Below the pieces are notes generated by a model. The model searched no databases. It was not told the origin of the DNA and worked only from the letters and a program-made list of their open reading frames with translations. 64,000 bases of DNA from NCBI GenBank assembly GCA_028534125.1, contig CM052818.1, forward strand, positions 20,710,001 to 20,774,000. Direction: 5' to 3'. Below are positions 62,270 through 64,000 of the stretch, in pieces. Numbering within the stretch: the first letter of the stretch is position 1; each line of letters begins with the position of its first letter. This stretch comes from Lama glama. Its lineage: Eukaryota. A program made the position numbers and the translations under genes.

Positions 62270-62575
62270 AGAAATTTATTTTCTCCCAGTTGTGGAGGCT
62301 GAAAGTCCAAGATCAAGGTCAGACTGATTTGGTTCCTGGTGAGAACCTTCCTTTTGGCTTATAGACAACTGCCTTCTTACCTGGCAGGAACAAAGATAGA
62401 GGAGGGTATCTGATATTTCTCCTTATAAGGATGCGAATCCCATCATGGGGGCCCTATCCTCATGACCTCATCTAAACCTGATTATCTCCCAAAGACCCCA
62501 TCTCCAAATATCATCCCATTTGGGAGTTAGGGCTTCAGCATACTAATTTTAGGGGACATAATTCAGTCTATAGCA
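62270..62575. mobile_element. MLT1A/B-type MaLR LTR (partial)
   Basis: gaaatttattttctcccagttgtggaggctgaaagtccaagatcaagg...catgacctcatctaaacc...attcagtctatagca. Confidence 0.85.
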
Positions 62576-62915
62576 GTGGGGTTTTGGTGACTGTCTTAAA
62601 TCTTAACATTTTTGACCATTATTAATAAAACTTTAGAGACTCTTCTCAGATTGAGAAAGTTTTTTTTTGTGTTGTTTTGACCCCTTAAATTTTATGTGTG
62701 ACCATGGTTACCAAGTTTTTAAAAATAAGAACTCCAGATGTCATAGTAATAATTTTCAGACATCACAGTCTCTCCTCACAGATTATGTTACTTTGGCTTT
62801 AATAAGGTTTTTTTCCTCCCATTTTCTGTTCCACTTCCTCTATCTTCTTCCAGAAGCCCTTTTACAGTCTTCTTATTGTTACATCAGTTTTACTATAGGC
62901 TGTTCTCTTTTGCAG

Positions 62916-63023
62916 GTGGAGACCACGTGGCTTTGCAAGGCCAGAGTTAATGAAGATCTTGTACAACTCTCTGGATGATTCCTTTAAACGCCTTATTTAT
63001 CCTCTTCTTTGTAGAGAGTTCAG
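62916..63023 (+). CDS. SRBD1: SRBD1 exon 11 (108 nt): [35 protein letters not shown](R)
   Basis: Acceptor TTTTGCAG|G, donor AG|GTATGC, phase 2-2. Confidence 0.95.
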
Positions 63024-64000
63024 GTATGCATCTTGTCTTATTTAACTTTGTGTACTGTTTATTTTTATGTGTGGTAATAGGCCCATTAAAGCATGTAGTA
63101 AATATTTGTTGATCCATTAACCAATTCAAAGGACTGAGTCAGAATCACAAAGTCTTAAATTTAAGCCTAGATTTCAGTCTGTAGAGGCTTTCACGTGCAT
63201 AGATCACAAAACTTAGCTCTTAATTATGGTATACTTTTCAAATCTTGACCACTTAATGTGTACCCCTTCCAGTTCAGCAATACCAGTCTTGTAATTTGAC
63301 GACCAAGCCAAACAAATGGTTTTATTGATGAGAGATTTGGCTTGGGAGAAACAGACTACGAAGTTAATGGAGAAGTTAGTTGGCAGCAGCTTTAGAGGCA
63401 AGAGAGCCAAAAAAAGCATAAGACAATCAGTGGAGCATATGATGAATGTATTACTATGAGAGAAAGCTAATGTGTATGTTTTAACTCCAAATGGGAGCTG
63501 GTTGAATGCATAATTATCAGCAATGATGAGCAAATTTTAGGAGATTATTAAAGTGACCAGCTAAATGGACTAGCAGAAGAACTAAGGGTTACAAAGAACT
63601 GCAAAAGAGGTGAGACACAGGAACGTTTTTAGGGGAGGAGATGGACAGAAATGTTGGGAGGCAAAAACCCTCTTTCTTGCTTCTGTCTAGCCTTTGTCTT
63701 GGTAGTCAATCTTTAGAAGACAGCCATGCCTTCATATTTTCTTCCTATGTGCTATAGATTTCCTTCTTTCTCACATATTTGTAAGTTTCAGCAAGGGTCA
63801 TCTGGGAGCTGTAGCTTTCTAGCCGTGTCTTCAGCCTCACTAGAAGTTATAGCAGCCTTTATAATGTTTGTCTGTTTTTTTCTTACTGGACTGGGTCATT
63901 GACTTTGGAGGTGTTTAGAGTAGGGAGTGAGGAGATACTATTAAAAAGGACATGTAATGCCTTTGTCCAACTTCTTTTTATCAGAGCCATTCAGTCTCTT

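Larger units (their letters stand above)
21890..63023 (+). other. SRBD1: SRBD1 gene, 5' part (probable exon 1 through coding exon 11; continues beyond window)
   Basis: Ten coding exons splice in frame to MSSLPRRAKVKVQSVVSKDEFSSFSEL...[11 protein letters not shown], matching my recollection of mammalian SRBD1; Tex-family motifs [31 protein letters not shown] and [10 protein letters not shown] are present. Confidence 0.96.

Noticed and set aside
1..64000. CRISPR arrays, rRNA, prokaryotic operons or defence systems
   Set aside because: No regularly spaced repeats or operon-like coding density; the sequence is intron-rich mammalian DNA.

Overview
Mammalian genomic DNA, almost certainly camelid (three tRNA-Ala-derived Vic-1-type SINEs). 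The window holds ~21.7 kb of repeat-rich upstream DNA, including a decayed, essentially full-length ~6.4 kb LINE-1, followed by the CpG-island promoter and 5' half of SRBD1 (S1 RNA-binding domain 1, Tex/Spt6-like) on the + strand. I read a probable non-coding exon 1 and ten coding exons with GT-AG boundaries that splice into an uninterrupted 1514-nt reading frame (504 codons plus 2 nt); the gene continues past the window end. Introns contain L1, L2, MIR, MaLR LTR, hAT-Charlie elements and a nearly complete Tigger1. Almost all ORFs in the supplied track are repeat remnants or chance ORFs. I found no convincing previously undescribed biological system. The findings are modest, testable hypotheses (promoter grammar, a possible in-frame circRNA, a CTCF site, splice features, retroelement rearrangements). 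Repeat subfamily names were assigned from memory of consensus sequences and repeat boundaries are approximate.
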